DNA from: Candidatus Kaiserbacteria bacterium
GTDB lineage: Bacteria; Patescibacteriota; Minisyncoccia; Phycocordibacterales; Phycocordibacteraceae
NCBI GenBank assembly: GCA_029288835.1
Contig: JARIGN010000032.1
Span: forward strand, 15,090-79,089
Direction: 5' to 3'
Length of the DNA: 64,000 nucleotides
Shown here piece after piece: positions 10,136-19,848 of this stretch. Made by a program: the position numbers and the translations under genes. The notes beneath the pieces are model-generated. The model was not told where the DNA came from. It saw only the letters and a program-made list of their open reading frames with translations, and made no database searches. Within the stretch, counting starts at the first letter, position 1; the number at the start of each line of letters is the position of its first letter.

Positions 10136-11845
10136 ATGAAAGCGCTTCGCGGCATGTCGCTCATTGATGTGATTATTGGCACGGCTCTCGTGTCTATCAT
10201 GTTTTTTGGCATATTTTCAGCGCTCCGTGCCTCACTGGTACTCTCTTCCTATATAAAAGCGGAGGCGGCGGCGAGCGCTATTGCCAATAATGAAATGGAA
10301 GACATTAGAGCATTGCCGTATGCGTCAGTTGGTCTTGTGAATGGTATTCCTAATGGCGTGATACCAGAATATGCCACCACCACTGCTGACGGCATCACTT
10401 TTGGCATACAGACCTTCATTGACTACTATGATGATCCTGCAGACGGCACTGGCTCGAATGACACAAATGGCATTACCCAGGACTACAAGCAGATAAAGAT
10501 AACGGTTTCGTATACGTTTGGAAATGCAACAAAGCAGTATGTGCTCGCCTCAAACTATGCGCCGCAAGGACTTGAAACTACGGACGGTGGCGGAACGCTG
10601 CAGGTGTTGGTGGTGAACGCGCAGGGTGCCCCCGTGAGCGGCGCAACCGTACAGATCGTGAACTCAAGCCTCTCGCCTTCGGTTAACGAGACGGCGTTTA
10701 CGAATATTGCCGGGCAGGTAAACCTGCCCGGTGCGTTGCCGTCCACCCAGTACCAGATCACCGTCTCCAAATCCGGCTACTCCACGGCGCAAACCTATGC
10801 ACGTGACAGTACGAACCAAAACCCAACGCCCGGATACCTCACCGTCGTCGCCAACCAAACCACCTCCAGCACCTTCGCGATTGATTATCTTTCCACGCTG
10901 AACCTCGGCACCTACTCACCAGTCGCAACGAGTACCTTCACGGACAGCTTCGCGGATTCATCAAAGCTCGCAAGCAAGAGCAACATCGTCGCATCGGGTG
11001 GCAGCCTCACCCTTTCAGGAGGAGCAGGAAGTTATGCGCTTAGTGGTAGTGCCGTTTCCGTCGCAACCACATCTCCGTATCTCGTAAGCTGGGGGCAGGT
11101 GAATGCGACGCTCAGTGCACCGAGCGGCACGAGTGTTTCCGTGCAGGTGGTTGACCAGAATGGTAACCCAATTCCGGATACGGTACTTCCTGGAAACTCC
11201 GCAGGCTTCACATCATTCCCAGTAAATCTCGCAGGCGTATCGACCACCACCTATCCAACCCTCGCGCTCTCCGCAAGCCTAAGCTCTAATTCAGCAAATG
11301 TAACGCCTTCAATTTCAAACTGGAGTCTCTCGATGAGTGCAGGACCGACGCCGATCCCGAACGTAAGCTTCACGCTCACCGGCGCAAAGAAAATAGGAAC
11401 AACCGGGGCCGGTGCAGCGATATATAAGACTACCATAAGCACGACTACCGGAAGCACGGGAATAAATTCGCTTTCGCTTGAATATGATTCATACGGCTTT
11501 TCCCTCTCAGGATATGACATTACCGATGCCTGCGGTGTACCCCCGTATGCACTTTCACCGGCAACTACTTACAATGAAAAAGTGATCCTGGGGCCCCAGA
11601 CTTCTAACGAGCTTCTCGTTACCGTAACCGACTCAAGCGGTACTCCGCTTTCTGGTGCCTCCGTTACCGTGTCACGAAGCGGCTATACTCAGACGGTGCA
11701 GACTTCTTCTTGTGGCAATGCCTACTTTGGCAGCATGAGTAACGCAAGCGACTACAGCATTTCTATTTCAAAATCTGGTTACACCTCAAATAGTGCGAGT
11801 GGCATTTCAGTAAATGGTCAGACTCTCTACACTATTTCTTTCTAG
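10136..11845 (+). CDS. Large prepilin-like protein with beta-sandwich (carboxypeptidase-regulatory-like) repeats
   Basis: RG|MSLIDVIIG class III signal; two V...G.P..GA.V...Y.I.VSKSGY modules. Confidence 0.8.
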   Translation: MKALRGMSLIDVIIGTALVSIMFFGIFSALRASLVLSSYIKAEAAASAIANNEMEDIRALPYASVGLVNGIPNGVIPEYATTTADGITFGIQTFIDYYDDPADGTGSNDTNGITQDYKQIKITVSYTFGNATKQYVLASNYAPQGLETTDGGGTLQVLVVNAQGAPVSGATVQIVNSSLSPSVNETAFTNIAGQVNLPGALPSTQYQITVSKSGYSTAQTYARDSTNQNPTPGYLTVVANQTTSSTFAIDYLSTLNLGTYSPVATSTFTDSFADSSKLASKSNIVASGGSLTLSGGAGSYALSGSAVSVATTSPYLVSWGQVNATLSAPSGTSVSVQVVDQNGNPIPDTVLPGNSAGFTSFPVNLAGVSTTTYPTLALSASLSSNSANVTPSISNWSLSMSAGPTPIPNVSFTLTGAKKIGTTGAGAAIYKTTISTTTGSTGINSLSLEYDSYGFSLSGYDITDACGVPPYALSPATTYNEKVILGPQTSNELLVTVTDSSGTPLSGASVTVSRSGYTQTVQTSSCGNAYFGSMSNASDYSISISKSGYTSNSASGISVNGQTLYTISF

Positions 11846-11846
11846 T

Positions 11847-12452
11847 ATGCACACGTCTTCCTCAAAATCACCGCGCGGCTTCACTCTTATAGAGACCATT
11901 GTCGTTGTTTCTATTACGACGGTCGTCATGCTGGCGCTCACCAACATCATCGTTACGTTCTATCGTGAGAATGACTATGTCCTTCAGGAAGCGCAGGCAG
12001 TGGGAAGCGCCCGACAGGGTCTCAATGCTTCCATGCAGTACCTGCGCGAGGCCTCCTATGGTGCTGACGGCACCTACCCGCTTTCCAGTGCCGCGACCAG
12101 CACCATAACGTTTTATGCGGATGTAAATAACGACGGCACGGTTGAAAAGATTACCCTGAGCTATGCCAATGGAACCCTTACCGAGACGATGGTGAAGCCA
12201 ACGGGCACACCGCCAACCTACTCAGGCAGCGGTTCAACCTATACGCTTGCGAGCTATCTGGTGAATAGTTCGACCACGCCGGTCTTCCAGTATGTTTCTT
12301 CTACTACCTCGCTCTTAAACACAAGCACGATGAACCTCACCGATGTCTATGCGGTAATCACCACGCTCAAGGTGGACGTGGACCAAAACCGTTCGCCTGC
12401 GCCGTATACTTTAACGAGTACCGCTGCGCTCCGTATCTTACGCGGCCAATAA
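11847..12452 (+). CDS. Minor pilin (PilW/GspJ-like)
   Basis: RG|FTLIETIVVV prepilin motif with E5. Confidence 0.85.
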   Translation: MHTSSSKSPRGFTLIETIVVVSITTVVMLALTNIIVTFYRENDYVLQEAQAVGSARQGLNASMQYLREASYGADGTYPLSSAATSTITFYADVNNDGTVEKITLSYANGTLTETMVKPTGTPPTYSGSGSTYTLASYLVNSSTTPVFQYVSSTTSLLNTSTMNLTDVYAVITTLKVDVDQNRSPAPYTLTSTAALRILRGQ

Positions 12453-12455
12453 CGT

Positions 12456-13946
12456 ATGAATCTCTTTCGCACTGCACCTCGTGGATATCTCACCCTGCTC
12501 GCCTTGGTTTTTGGTGCGGTGTTTGTCACGGTTATTGGGGGTCTTTCCGGTCTCCTCCTTACCCAAAACTTTTCTGAAAATGTGAACGATGCACGTTCGC
12601 AGTCGCTCGCAATTGCGGAAGCTGGCCTCGAGTATGCACGCTGGTATTACGTTCACTTTCCAACAGCTATTCAAAATGCCACTAACTACACTGTCGGTCC
12701 CACCACCTATACCTATACTGACCCGGTCACCGGAAACACGGCCGGTACCTATACCATTAAAGAAGTTGGAAATGTATCCTGCGGGCAGCTCATCTCGACC
12801 GACATTACTTCGACGGCAAAAGTGCAGAATGGTCCCTCTGGATCTACTGTCGCACTTCTCGCGCGCTATGCGCTGCCGAGCGTTGCACAGTATGCCTATA
12901 TATTGAATGCAAGCGTGTGGGCAGGGTCAGACCGCACGGTGAACGGTCCTTACCATTCAAATGGGGGCATTCGTATGGACGGCAGCATAAATGCGCCGGT
13001 GACCAGCTCACTTTCTTCATGGACGTGCACCAGCTCCTTTGGCTGCTCGCCTGATACGACGGAGCCTGGTGTGTTCGGCTCGGGTACCAACTCAACACTC
13101 TGGAGCTATCCTTCTCCGCAAATTGATTTCAATGCTATTGCCGCAAATTTCTCCACCCTTAAGACAACGGCACAGTCTTCCGGTCTTTATCTTCCGCGCG
13201 TAAGTAGCGGTACCTCGGGAGAGCCGTCAGGCAGAGGGTACCACCTCGTTTTTAATAGTAATGGAACGGTTACGGTGACGCAGGTAACGGGGGAAACGAA
13301 TGCGCCTTCTATCCACATTAGTAATCCATCTTCCAATGGAAATCAGGATGACTACTCGATTATTAAAAAAGAAAGTGCCTATGTCTCTTCGAAAACACCG
13401 GGCGGCGTATACACCATTCCGGCATCATGCGGCCTTATTTTCGTAGAGGATAATACGTGGATTGAAGGAAGTATTCCAAGCAAGGTTACGGTGGTGGCAG
13501 CAAACGTAACCACGAGCGGTGTTACGCCTAACCTGATTCTGCGCAATAACATTACCTATGCAAATTCGAGTGCCATTTCTGGCCTCACCGCTATTGGTTC
13601 CAACGACATCTTAATTTCACCAGACTCTCCAGGCGACATGACGCTTAACGGCATCTTTATTGCCCAAGGCGGTGCTTTTGGAAGAAATGACTATGGCATA
13701 AATTCCCAAGGTCATACTGACTGCGGCACGGGCTACGAACCAAAGGGTACGCTAACGATCGTGGGTACTACCGTGTCCAACCTGCGCACCGGAACGCAAT
13801 GGTCTAACCAATGCCCGAATGGAAAGCAGGCAGGCTACCAAACGCGCACCGACACGATAGACCAGATATTATCAACAAATCCTCCTCCTTTTACGCCATC
13901 AGTTTCGACGGTCGGGCAGTTTGTGCAGTGGCGTGAGACGCAGTAG
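12456..13946 (+). CDS. PilX/GspK-like minor pilin with a large C-terminal domain
   Basis: RG|YLTLL lacking E5; LAIAEAGLEYA motif typical of the PilX N-terminus; ends in WRE. Confidence 0.8.
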   Translation: MNLFRTAPRGYLTLLALVFGAVFVTVIGGLSGLLLTQNFSENVNDARSQSLAIAEAGLEYARWYYVHFPTAIQNATNYTVGPTTYTYTDPVTGNTAGTYTIKEVGNVSCGQLISTDITSTAKVQNGPSGSTVALLARYALPSVAQYAYILNASVWAGSDRTVNGPYHSNGGIRMDGSINAPVTSSLSSWTCTSSFGCSPDTTEPGVFGSGTNSTLWSYPSPQIDFNAIAANFSTLKTTAQSSGLYLPRVSSGTSGEPSGRGYHLVFNSNGTVTVTQVTGETNAPSIHISNPSSNGNQDDYSIIKKESAYVSSKTPGGVYTIPASCGLIFVEDNTWIEGSIPSKVTVVAANVTTSGVTPNLILRNNITYANSSAISGLTAIGSNDILISPDSPGDMTLNGIFIAQGGAFGRNDYGINSQGHTDCGTGYEPKGTLTIVGTTVSNLRTGTQWSNQCPNGKQAGYQTRTDTIDQILSTNPPPFTPSVSTVGQFVQWRETQ

Positions 13947-13964
13947 GAGTTTCGGAATTTCCCC

Positions 13965-15284
13965 TTACCGATTAGTAGGAATGCAGGCAAGGGAAGAGCT
14001 GTTTGGCGGTGTCTTACAGGTACCGGAAATGTCTCCGTTAGATGTTGAGACGGTGCAGGTGTCGCCAGAAGTATGGGAAGCGCATGCGGTAATTGCTTCT
14101 TGTGGAGGCCCGCTCTGTTGGCTGCCTGGTTGCGAGCTTGTGGTGCCGCTGCCACTCGTGCTGCTAGAACCACTACTCGTGCTTCCACCACCTCCCGAAC
14201 CGCCTCCTGGTTTTGGTTCATAGGACTTGCCGCGGAAACAGCCGACGGAGTACGGAAAGTCTTCGGTCATCACGTAGTGGTAGGTGGTAACGGTTTTTCC
14301 ATTTTCCACTATAGGACTGGTGATGCCGTGGCATTCGTCGAGGTCGTTGGTGGTAAGGTACTTTCCACTTGGAAGCTTAGGTCCAGTGATGGGGAAGCCG
14401 TCGAAGGCCCAGCCAATGATGTTTGTCTCATCAATATCCTTAATGCAGGAGCTGAGGCTGTGGTAGTGGTAGACGCCGCCTTCATGCGGGTGCCCGTCGC
14501 AGGAGTCTTGAATCTCGTGTGCCGCAGCGTCACGGTAGAGTTCGTCAAAGGCGTCATTAAGAAGGACACCATTTGTCATGACCCCGACCTCGCCATAGAT
14601 ACAGCCAGGCGCAGAAGCTTCGGTTGGATTTGCAGGGATGCTAAAGGACTGGTTTTGCGCTTCGACGCTGTTTGGGTTTGCGTCATACTGATGCGCTGGA
14701 TCGCTCGCCGCAATAGGGAATGAACCGGTCGTGCCACCAACAGGGAGGCCGTTGCTGAGGATGGTGCGGAGTGCGCCGCTCACGGAAATATTCACCATAG
14801 CGTTTGGCCAGGATATAGCGCCCTCGACGTTAGTCTTCTGGTTTGGATACCACTCATTTCCTTTAATCCATGGGCCGTCTTCTTGTGCCCCGCCTCCTCC
14901 GCTTGAGAGGTGGCAAAGATAGACATAGCCTTTTTTGGGGCCGCTCGTGACATATTTATTGTCGCCAAGGGGAAGCACCGAAAGCCATGGAGAGCCGGTG
15001 GGGAGTGTTGTGGAAACGCTGCTTGTTTGGGTGCTCGTTGAAGTGGCTGTGCCAGAAGAGAGTGTTTTTGGAAGGCTCGTATTTTGTCCACTCTGAGTAG
15101 ACAAACTTGGTTGGGATGAATCGGTAGCAGAAGCCGCAGGTGCAGCGGGGGACGCAGGAGCCTCAGTCGATCCTAAAGCTGAAGTGCTTGGCACTACCGG
15201 CTGTGGAGCAGGTGTGTGAGAAAATCCGAGCCATGCTTCAACAGTCATAAAGACCGAAATGAAACCCGCGAGCAGTGAATTCAT
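13965..15284 (-). CDS. YHYH-domain exported protein
   Basis: CDGHPHEGGVYHYH, IGWAFDGFPI, LDECHG, YHYVMT; Ser/Thr linker; Cys-containing C-terminal module. Confidence 0.85.
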   Translation of the reverse strand: MNSLLAGFISVFMTVEAWLGFSHTPAPQPVVPSTSALGSTEAPASPAAPAASATDSSQPSLSTQSGQNTSLPKTLSSGTATSTSTQTSSVSTTLPTGSPWLSVLPLGDNKYVTSGPKKGYVYLCHLSSGGGGAQEDGPWIKGNEWYPNQKTNVEGAISWPNAMVNISVSGALRTILSNGLPVGGTTGSFPIAASDPAHQYDANPNSVEAQNQSFSIPANPTEASAPGCIYGEVGVMTNGVLLNDAFDELYRDAAAHEIQDSCDGHPHEGGVYHYHSLSSCIKDIDETNIIGWAFDGFPITGPKLPSGKYLTTNDLDECHGITSPIVENGKTVTTYHYVMTEDFPYSVGCFRGKSYEPKPGGGSGGGGSTSSGSSSTSGSGTTSSQPGSQQSGPPQEAITACASHTSGDTCTVSTSNGDISGTCKTPPNSSSLACIPTNR

Positions 15285-15398
15285 ACAAATAAAAGAATTA
15301 TACGTATACGCTTTCAGTATACGTCTCTGCGAAGAGCACTGCTGAGGTAATGCACAAAGGCAATACCTCACTTCCTATGGGAATCTTCGACAGTTTTA

Positions 15399-15941
15399 TC
15401 AGCCTTCGGCAAACATCTGGATCATTTCGCGATTAAAAGCAGGAATGTCGTCGGGCTTTCTGCTGGTGACCAGCTTTCCGTCGCGCACCACCTGCTCATC
15501 AACCCACTCCGCGCCTGCGTTCGTGAGGTCGACCTGAAGGGAAGGCCAAGAAGTCATCGTCTTTCCTTTAACGCCGCCCGCATTAATAAGTGTCCACGGG
15601 CCGTGGCAGATGGCGGCTATCGGCTTTCCCGCATCCACAAACTCCTTAATAAAGGAAATAGCTTCGTTGCTGAGGCGGAGCTGGTCAGGGTTCATGACAC
15701 CGCCCGGGAGGAGGAGCGCGTCATAGTCATCGGCGCTCGCTTCGGCGAGCGTTTTGTCGACTGGGGTCTTATCCGGATGCTTTTCATCATGGTCTACGCC
15801 CTGGATCTCACCCTCTTCTGGTGAAATGACCTCAACCGTAGCGCCTGCTTCTTCGAGCGCTGCTTTTGGCTTGTCGAGCTCGACGAATTCAAAGCCATTA
15901 GTCGCTACGCAGGCGATTTTCTTTCCGGTGAGTTGTGCCAT
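15399..15941 (-). CDS. PfpI/DJ-1 family protein (YhbO-like)
   Basis: GFEFVE, LLLPGG..NPDQLR, AICHGPW, VTSRKPDD. Confidence 0.93.
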   Translation of the reverse strand: MAQLTGKKIACVATNGFEFVELDKPKAALEEAGATVEVISPEEGEIQGVDHDEKHPDKTPVDKTLAEASADDYDALLLPGGVMNPDQLRLSNEAISFIKEFVDAGKPIAAICHGPWTLINAGGVKGKTMTSWPSLQVDLTNAGAEWVDEQVVRDGKLVTSRKPDDIPAFNREMIQMFAEG

Positions 15942-16027
15942 ATAAATAAAGTTAGGAATAATGGCTTATTGTATGAAAATTAGCTAATCATTGCGTGAAG
16001 AAAGAGGGGTCGTGGTAAAATCAGGAT

Positions 16028-16795
16028 ATGTTGATCGTTGGAAACTGGAAGGCCTACGTGCAGACGACAGACCATGCAAAAAAGCTGTACGCGAGTGTGA
16101 AGCGCCTTGCCAGCTCCACGGCGCTACGGGATACGCAGATTGTGCTTGCGATGCCTGCTCCGTATCTAGGGATTTTTGGTACGGGTGGAAAAACAAGTGC
16201 AGCGCTCTCTCGGGTACTGCTTGCTGCTCAAGACCTTTCGCTCTCGACGGGTGGCGCGGCGACGGGCGAGGTGACCGCGGTGCTTTTGCGGAACCTTGGC
16301 GTAACGCATGCCATCATCGGCCACTCGGAGCGTCGCGCCATGGGCGAGACCGACCAGATGGTTTCGGAAAAGGTGAGCCACGCATTTGCCAATAAAATTA
16401 TGCCGATCGTGTGCGTCGGCGAGCGCGAGCGTGATCCTGATGCAAAATACTTGAAGCTCCTCCGTGCGCAGATTGATGCGGTCTTTTCTCCGCTTTCTCA
16501 AAAAGAACGCGCGCAGGTAATTCTAGCCTACGAGCCAATTTGGGCGATAGGGAAGACTGCTGCTGACGCTCTCTCTCCAGAAGATCTCACCGAGATGGTT
16601 TTGTATATTCGAAAAATTCTTGGCTCATACCTGCCTGGACGGGGTGCACAAAAAGTGAAGCTTTTGTACGGAGGCTCTGTCGAGCCGGGGAACATTCGCA
16701 CGCTCGCGGAAGGTACGGGTATTGATGGATTTTTGCCAGGGCATGCAAGCACAGATGAAAAGACTTTCGTGTCGATGATAAAGGAGCTGCAGTAA
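16028..16795 (+). CDS. tpiA: Triosephosphate isomerase
   Basis: GNWK, GHSERR, AYEPIWAIG, LYGGSV. Confidence 0.96.
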   Translation: MLIVGNWKAYVQTTDHAKKLYASVKRLASSTALRDTQIVLAMPAPYLGIFGTGGKTSAALSRVLLAAQDLSLSTGGAATGEVTAVLLRNLGVTHAIIGHSERRAMGETDQMVSEKVSHAFANKIMPIVCVGERERDPDAKYLKLLRAQIDAVFSPLSQKERAQVILAYEPIWAIGKTAADALSPEDLTEMVLYIRKILGSYLPGRGAQKVKLLYGGSVEPGNIRTLAEGTGIDGFLPGHASTDEKTFVSMIKELQ

Positions 16796-16796
16796 T

Positions 16797-17930
16797 ATGA
16801 GGACCGTTCGTGATATTGAAATTTTAGAAGGTATTCCCGTGCTTGTGCGTTCTTCGCTGAACGTACCGATTGCGAACGGAAAAGTGGCGAACACGTTTCG
16901 TTTGCGTAAGGCACTGTCGACCATCGAGTTTTTACAAAAGAAAAAGGCAAAAGTGATTTTGCTCGGGCATATTGGTGAGCAGGGAACGGAAACGCTCATG
17001 CCGGTGTATGAGGCGATGAAAGAATTTATTCCGGATATTCGATTTTGTCCGGTAACGATTGGGGAGCAGGCGCGCGCGGCAGCGCGCGCCCTTCCGGATG
17101 GCGGCGTGTTGATGCTTGAAAATGTACGTCGCGACAAGGGCGAGGTATTGAATGATAAGAACTTTGCAAAGGAGCTCGCTTCGCTCGCAGACGTGTTCGT
17201 CGAAGATGCCTTTGACGTGTGCCATCGCGCACATGCATCGGTGGTAGGCGTGCCAACATTTCTTCCGGCCTATGCCGGTCTTCAGGTTGAGATAGAAGTT
17301 ACTGAGCTTTCAAAGGCGTTAACGCCTGCACATCCTGCGCTTGCTATCATTGGTGGCGCCAAGTTTTCTACGAAGGAGCCGGTGATTAATAAGCTCCTTG
17401 ACTCTTATGACCGCGTGTTCGTCGGTGGCGCGCTCGGCAATGACTTCACGAAAGGCATGGGCTATGAGGTCGGCACTTCGCTCATTTCTGGAGCAGACCA
17501 AAAAGAAATTAAAAATTTACTTGCAAACAGAAAGCTCGCGGTGCGCATTGATGCGGAAGTCGGTGCAGTTAATTCAAAGAAAGATGCTTCTCGCGTAACC
17601 CGGCTTGATGAGATAAAGGCAAATGAAGCTATTCTCGATGAAGGACCAAAGACCGTTGAGATGGTTGAGCGTTTGGTGGGAGAAGCAAAGACCGTGCTCT
17701 GGAATGGGCCGCTCGGAAAATATGAGGATGGGTATGTCGATGCAACTAAGGCTCTCGTGCTTGCTATCGCCAAGAGCAATGCGTACTCAATAATTGGTGG
17801 TGGTGATACGGAGGCAGCGATAGAGGAGCTGAATGTGCGAGAGCATTTTTCCTTCATCTCCACGGGTGGCGGCGCAATGCTTGATTTTCTCGCGAAAGGA
17901 ACGCTGCCTGGTTTGCAGCCATTAAACTAA
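16797..17930 (+). CDS. pgk: Phosphoglycerate kinase
   Basis: LNVP, HRAHAS, IGGAK, WNGPLG, GGGDT, ISTGGGAML. Confidence 0.95.
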   Translation: MRTVRDIEILEGIPVLVRSSLNVPIANGKVANTFRLRKALSTIEFLQKKKAKVILLGHIGEQGTETLMPVYEAMKEFIPDIRFCPVTIGEQARAAARALPDGGVLMLENVRRDKGEVLNDKNFAKELASLADVFVEDAFDVCHRAHASVVGVPTFLPAYAGLQVEIEVTELSKALTPAHPALAIIGGAKFSTKEPVINKLLDSYDRVFVGGALGNDFTKGMGYEVGTSLISGADQKEIKNLLANRKLAVRIDAEVGAVNSKKDASRVTRLDEIKANEAILDEGPKTVEMVERLVGEAKTVLWNGPLGKYEDGYVDATKALVLAIAKSNAYSIIGGGDTEAAIEELNVREHFSFISTGGGAMLDFLAKGTLPGLQPLN

Positions 17931-17949
17931 GTAAGGTAGCAATCAATTA

Positions 17950-17977
17950 TTGACAGAGAAATGTGCAAGCGTATGAT
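17950..17977 (+). promoter_or_regulatory. sigma70-like promoter with no substantial ORF downstream
   Basis: TTGACA(17950)-16 nt-TATGAT(17972). Confidence 0.6.
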
Positions 17978-17983
17978 AAAAAT

Positions 17984-18070
17984 ATGTCTGTATAGGCGAA
18001 AGCCTTTATTCAGCCTCTGAGTTCAAGCTTTGAAATCAGACAGCAAAAGCGCCCGAAAGGGCGCTTTTGC
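17984..18070 (+). ncRNA. Candidate small structured RNA of unknown class, including its terminator
   Basis: 5' TGTCTG pairs with CAGACA(18037-42); internal hairpins AGGC-GAAA-GCCT, TTCAG-cct-CTGAG and TTCAA-gct-TTGAA; only ORF is ATG-TCT-GTA-TAG. Confidence 0.45.
18043..18070. terminator. Bidirectional terminator
   Basis: GCAAAAGCGCCC-GAAA-GGGCGCTTTTGC perfect hairpin. Confidence 0.85.
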
Positions 18071-18073
18071 CAT

Positions 18074-18415
18074 TCACATAACGCTCCAGAAAATCACCCT
18101 TCCGAAACCAACTCTTTTTAGTATTACTTTAATAGTTTTACCTGAGCTATTTTTTCCTGTTATTGCCCAATATTTCGTATTTGTCGATGCTTCATACCTG
18201 TATACATACGAAGTCGCTTCAATACAAACTTTTATAACAAAAGGCAAAAGAGTGATGCGCCGACTACGTTCTTGTGAAGACCTTCTGTGGCCTCGGCCGT
18301 TTCGTAAAATATGATTATACCCTCGAGCCGTAAAGTAAATATTGCATTGTAAGATATTGCACCAAATAGGATTAGGAAGTGTATTATAAAATTCTCGAGA
18401 AAGTTTCGCAGGCAT
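18074..18415 (-). CDS. Small basic protein, possibly a RelE/BECR-fold ribonuclease
   Basis: IYFTARGYNHI...RRITLLP...YW...IKVILKRVG.G..FWSVM pattern; AT-rich; fold is inferred. Confidence 0.55.
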   Translation of the reverse strand: MPAKLSREFYNTLPNPIWCNILQCNIYFTARGYNHILRNGRGHRRSSQERSRRITLLPFVIKVCIEATSYVYRYEASTNTKYWAITGKNSSGKTIKVILKRVGFGRVIFWSVM

Positions 18416-18458
18416 AGCTGCGGAACTCTATCATAGGGAGATAAAGAAAGTATGACTT

Positions 18459-18878
18459 TTATTCAGCCGAGAGCGTTGCGCGAATCTTCTCCGCTATTTC
18501 ATTTGCCTGCCCTGGCGCATATTCGATCTTTGGCCAAAACTGAAACTCGCCGCGGTCGTGGCGGGGAATAATGTGAAAGTGCAGGTGTGGTACCTCCTGG
18601 CCTGCAGCTTCTCCGTGGTTTGAATTAATGTGCACGCCTTGCGCACCCACCGCATCGCGCACTGCTGGTGCAATCTTCCGCACGGTTTTCATGGTTTGTG
18701 CGAATGTCTCCTGGTCAATATCGAAAATGTTTACAAACGGTTTTTTCGGAATGACGAGCGTGTGACCCGGCGAATTGGGCGCAATATCAAGAAAGGCAAG
18801 CGTATGCTCATCCTCATACACTATCTGTGCAGGAATTTCCCGCTTGATTATTTTCGTGAAAATAGTTTCCTCGGTCAT
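18459..18878 (-). CDS. HIT family nucleotide hydrolase
   Basis: AFLDIAP..PGHTLVIPK; GQEVPHLHFHIIPR. Confidence 0.95.
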   Translation of the reverse strand: MTEETIFTKIIKREIPAQIVYEDEHTLAFLDIAPNSPGHTLVIPKKPFVNIFDIDQETFAQTMKTVRKIAPAVRDAVGAQGVHINSNHGEAAGQEVPHLHFHIIPRHDRGEFQFWPKIEYAPGQANEIAEKIRATLSAE

Positions 18879-18882
18879 GCGG

Positions 18883-19440
18883 CTATGATACCAGATTCTT
18901 TATGCCGTTCTCTGCAACTCGTTGCCAGCTGAGATACCAAAGGTAGATAACACTCGCGATAATGCAGACTGCGCCAAGTGCAAAGAAAAATCCACCGATG
19001 AGTAGGTCGTAGGGGAGCAGGTGTGTTTGTGAAAAAATGTAGTGCCAGTCATGGCCGCTTCCGCTACCATCGTCACTGCCCCAGATCGAAGTGATAGGAA
19101 GCATCATAACCGTCGCGTCTTTCATGTAGATGCCCGTCTGCAAGAGGTTGTCACCGAACCAAAAGAAAGAAAAGGCACTCGAAGCGGTTGCACGTTTCTT
19201 AAGGAAATAGATAAAGAACAAAAGCGGCAAAAGATTTTGATAGACGTTTTGTCCAATGAGAAAAAAGAAATGGTTGAAGAAAATAAAGAGCACCCCTCCT
19301 GTTTCGTGCGTCACGAAATTAACATAGTCGAGGAATATGTACGGCATCGGAAAAAAGAGCAGCTGGTATGCCCAATAGGTTATGAGCAGCGTGAGTAAAA
19401 TAGTGCCGACCTTGAGCTGAAGAGGAGTAGGCTGGTCCAT
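18883..19440 (-). CDS. Integral membrane hypothetical protein
   Basis: Several TM segments; HE and HDW motifs. Confidence 0.7.
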   Translation of the reverse strand: MDQPTPLQLKVGTILLTLLITYWAYQLLFFPMPYIFLDYVNFVTHETGGVLFIFFNHFFFLIGQNVYQNLLPLLFFIYFLKKRATASSAFSFFWFGDNLLQTGIYMKDATVMMLPITSIWGSDDGSGSGHDWHYIFSQTHLLPYDLLIGGFFFALGAVCIIASVIYLWYLSWQRVAENGIKNLVS

Positions 19441-19462
19441 GTACCTCAACTATAACAACAAA

Positions 19463-19780
19463 CTACAAAATCTTTGATTTGAGTTTGTCTAACTCTGCAA
19501 TGATGTTCTGATATATCTCGTCTTCATATTCATTCCAGGCTTGAGCAGCAGCATCAGTAAATGCTTCCTGCGCCGCCTTCAGGAGGCCAGCATCACGGTA
19601 GATTTCAGCAATCTCCATATTTACTAAGAGTGTATCCTTACTCGTCTTTAACTCACCCTCCTTTCTTTTTATGTAAAGATTAAAGAAAGAAAGATTTTCT
19701 GGATTCTCACGCAAGGCCGCAACCACATCTTCTCGAGAAATTTCACGCATGCCTTCTTTTGACGGAAACTTTTCACTCAT
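19463..19780 (-). CDS. Hypothetical protein
   Basis: Helical ORF from MSEKFP; TATACT 6 nt before ATG. Confidence 0.65.
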   Translation of the reverse strand: MSEKFPSKEGMREISREDVVAALRENPENLSFFNLYIKRKEGELKTSKDTLLVNMEIAEIYRDAGLLKAAQEAFTDAAAQAWNEYEDEIYQNIIAELDKLKSKIL

Positions 19781-19848
19781 ATCTGTAGTATAGCCTTTTA
19801 CTCGGAGATTGGGACCCTTGCGGCATCTTTGGTACAATCAATACCTAC

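Noticed and set aside
17984-18042. Hammerhead ribozyme or true tRNA
   Set aside because: Lacks the CUGAUGA core in the right context; too short and lacks a proper 7-bp acceptor stem and anticodon arm.
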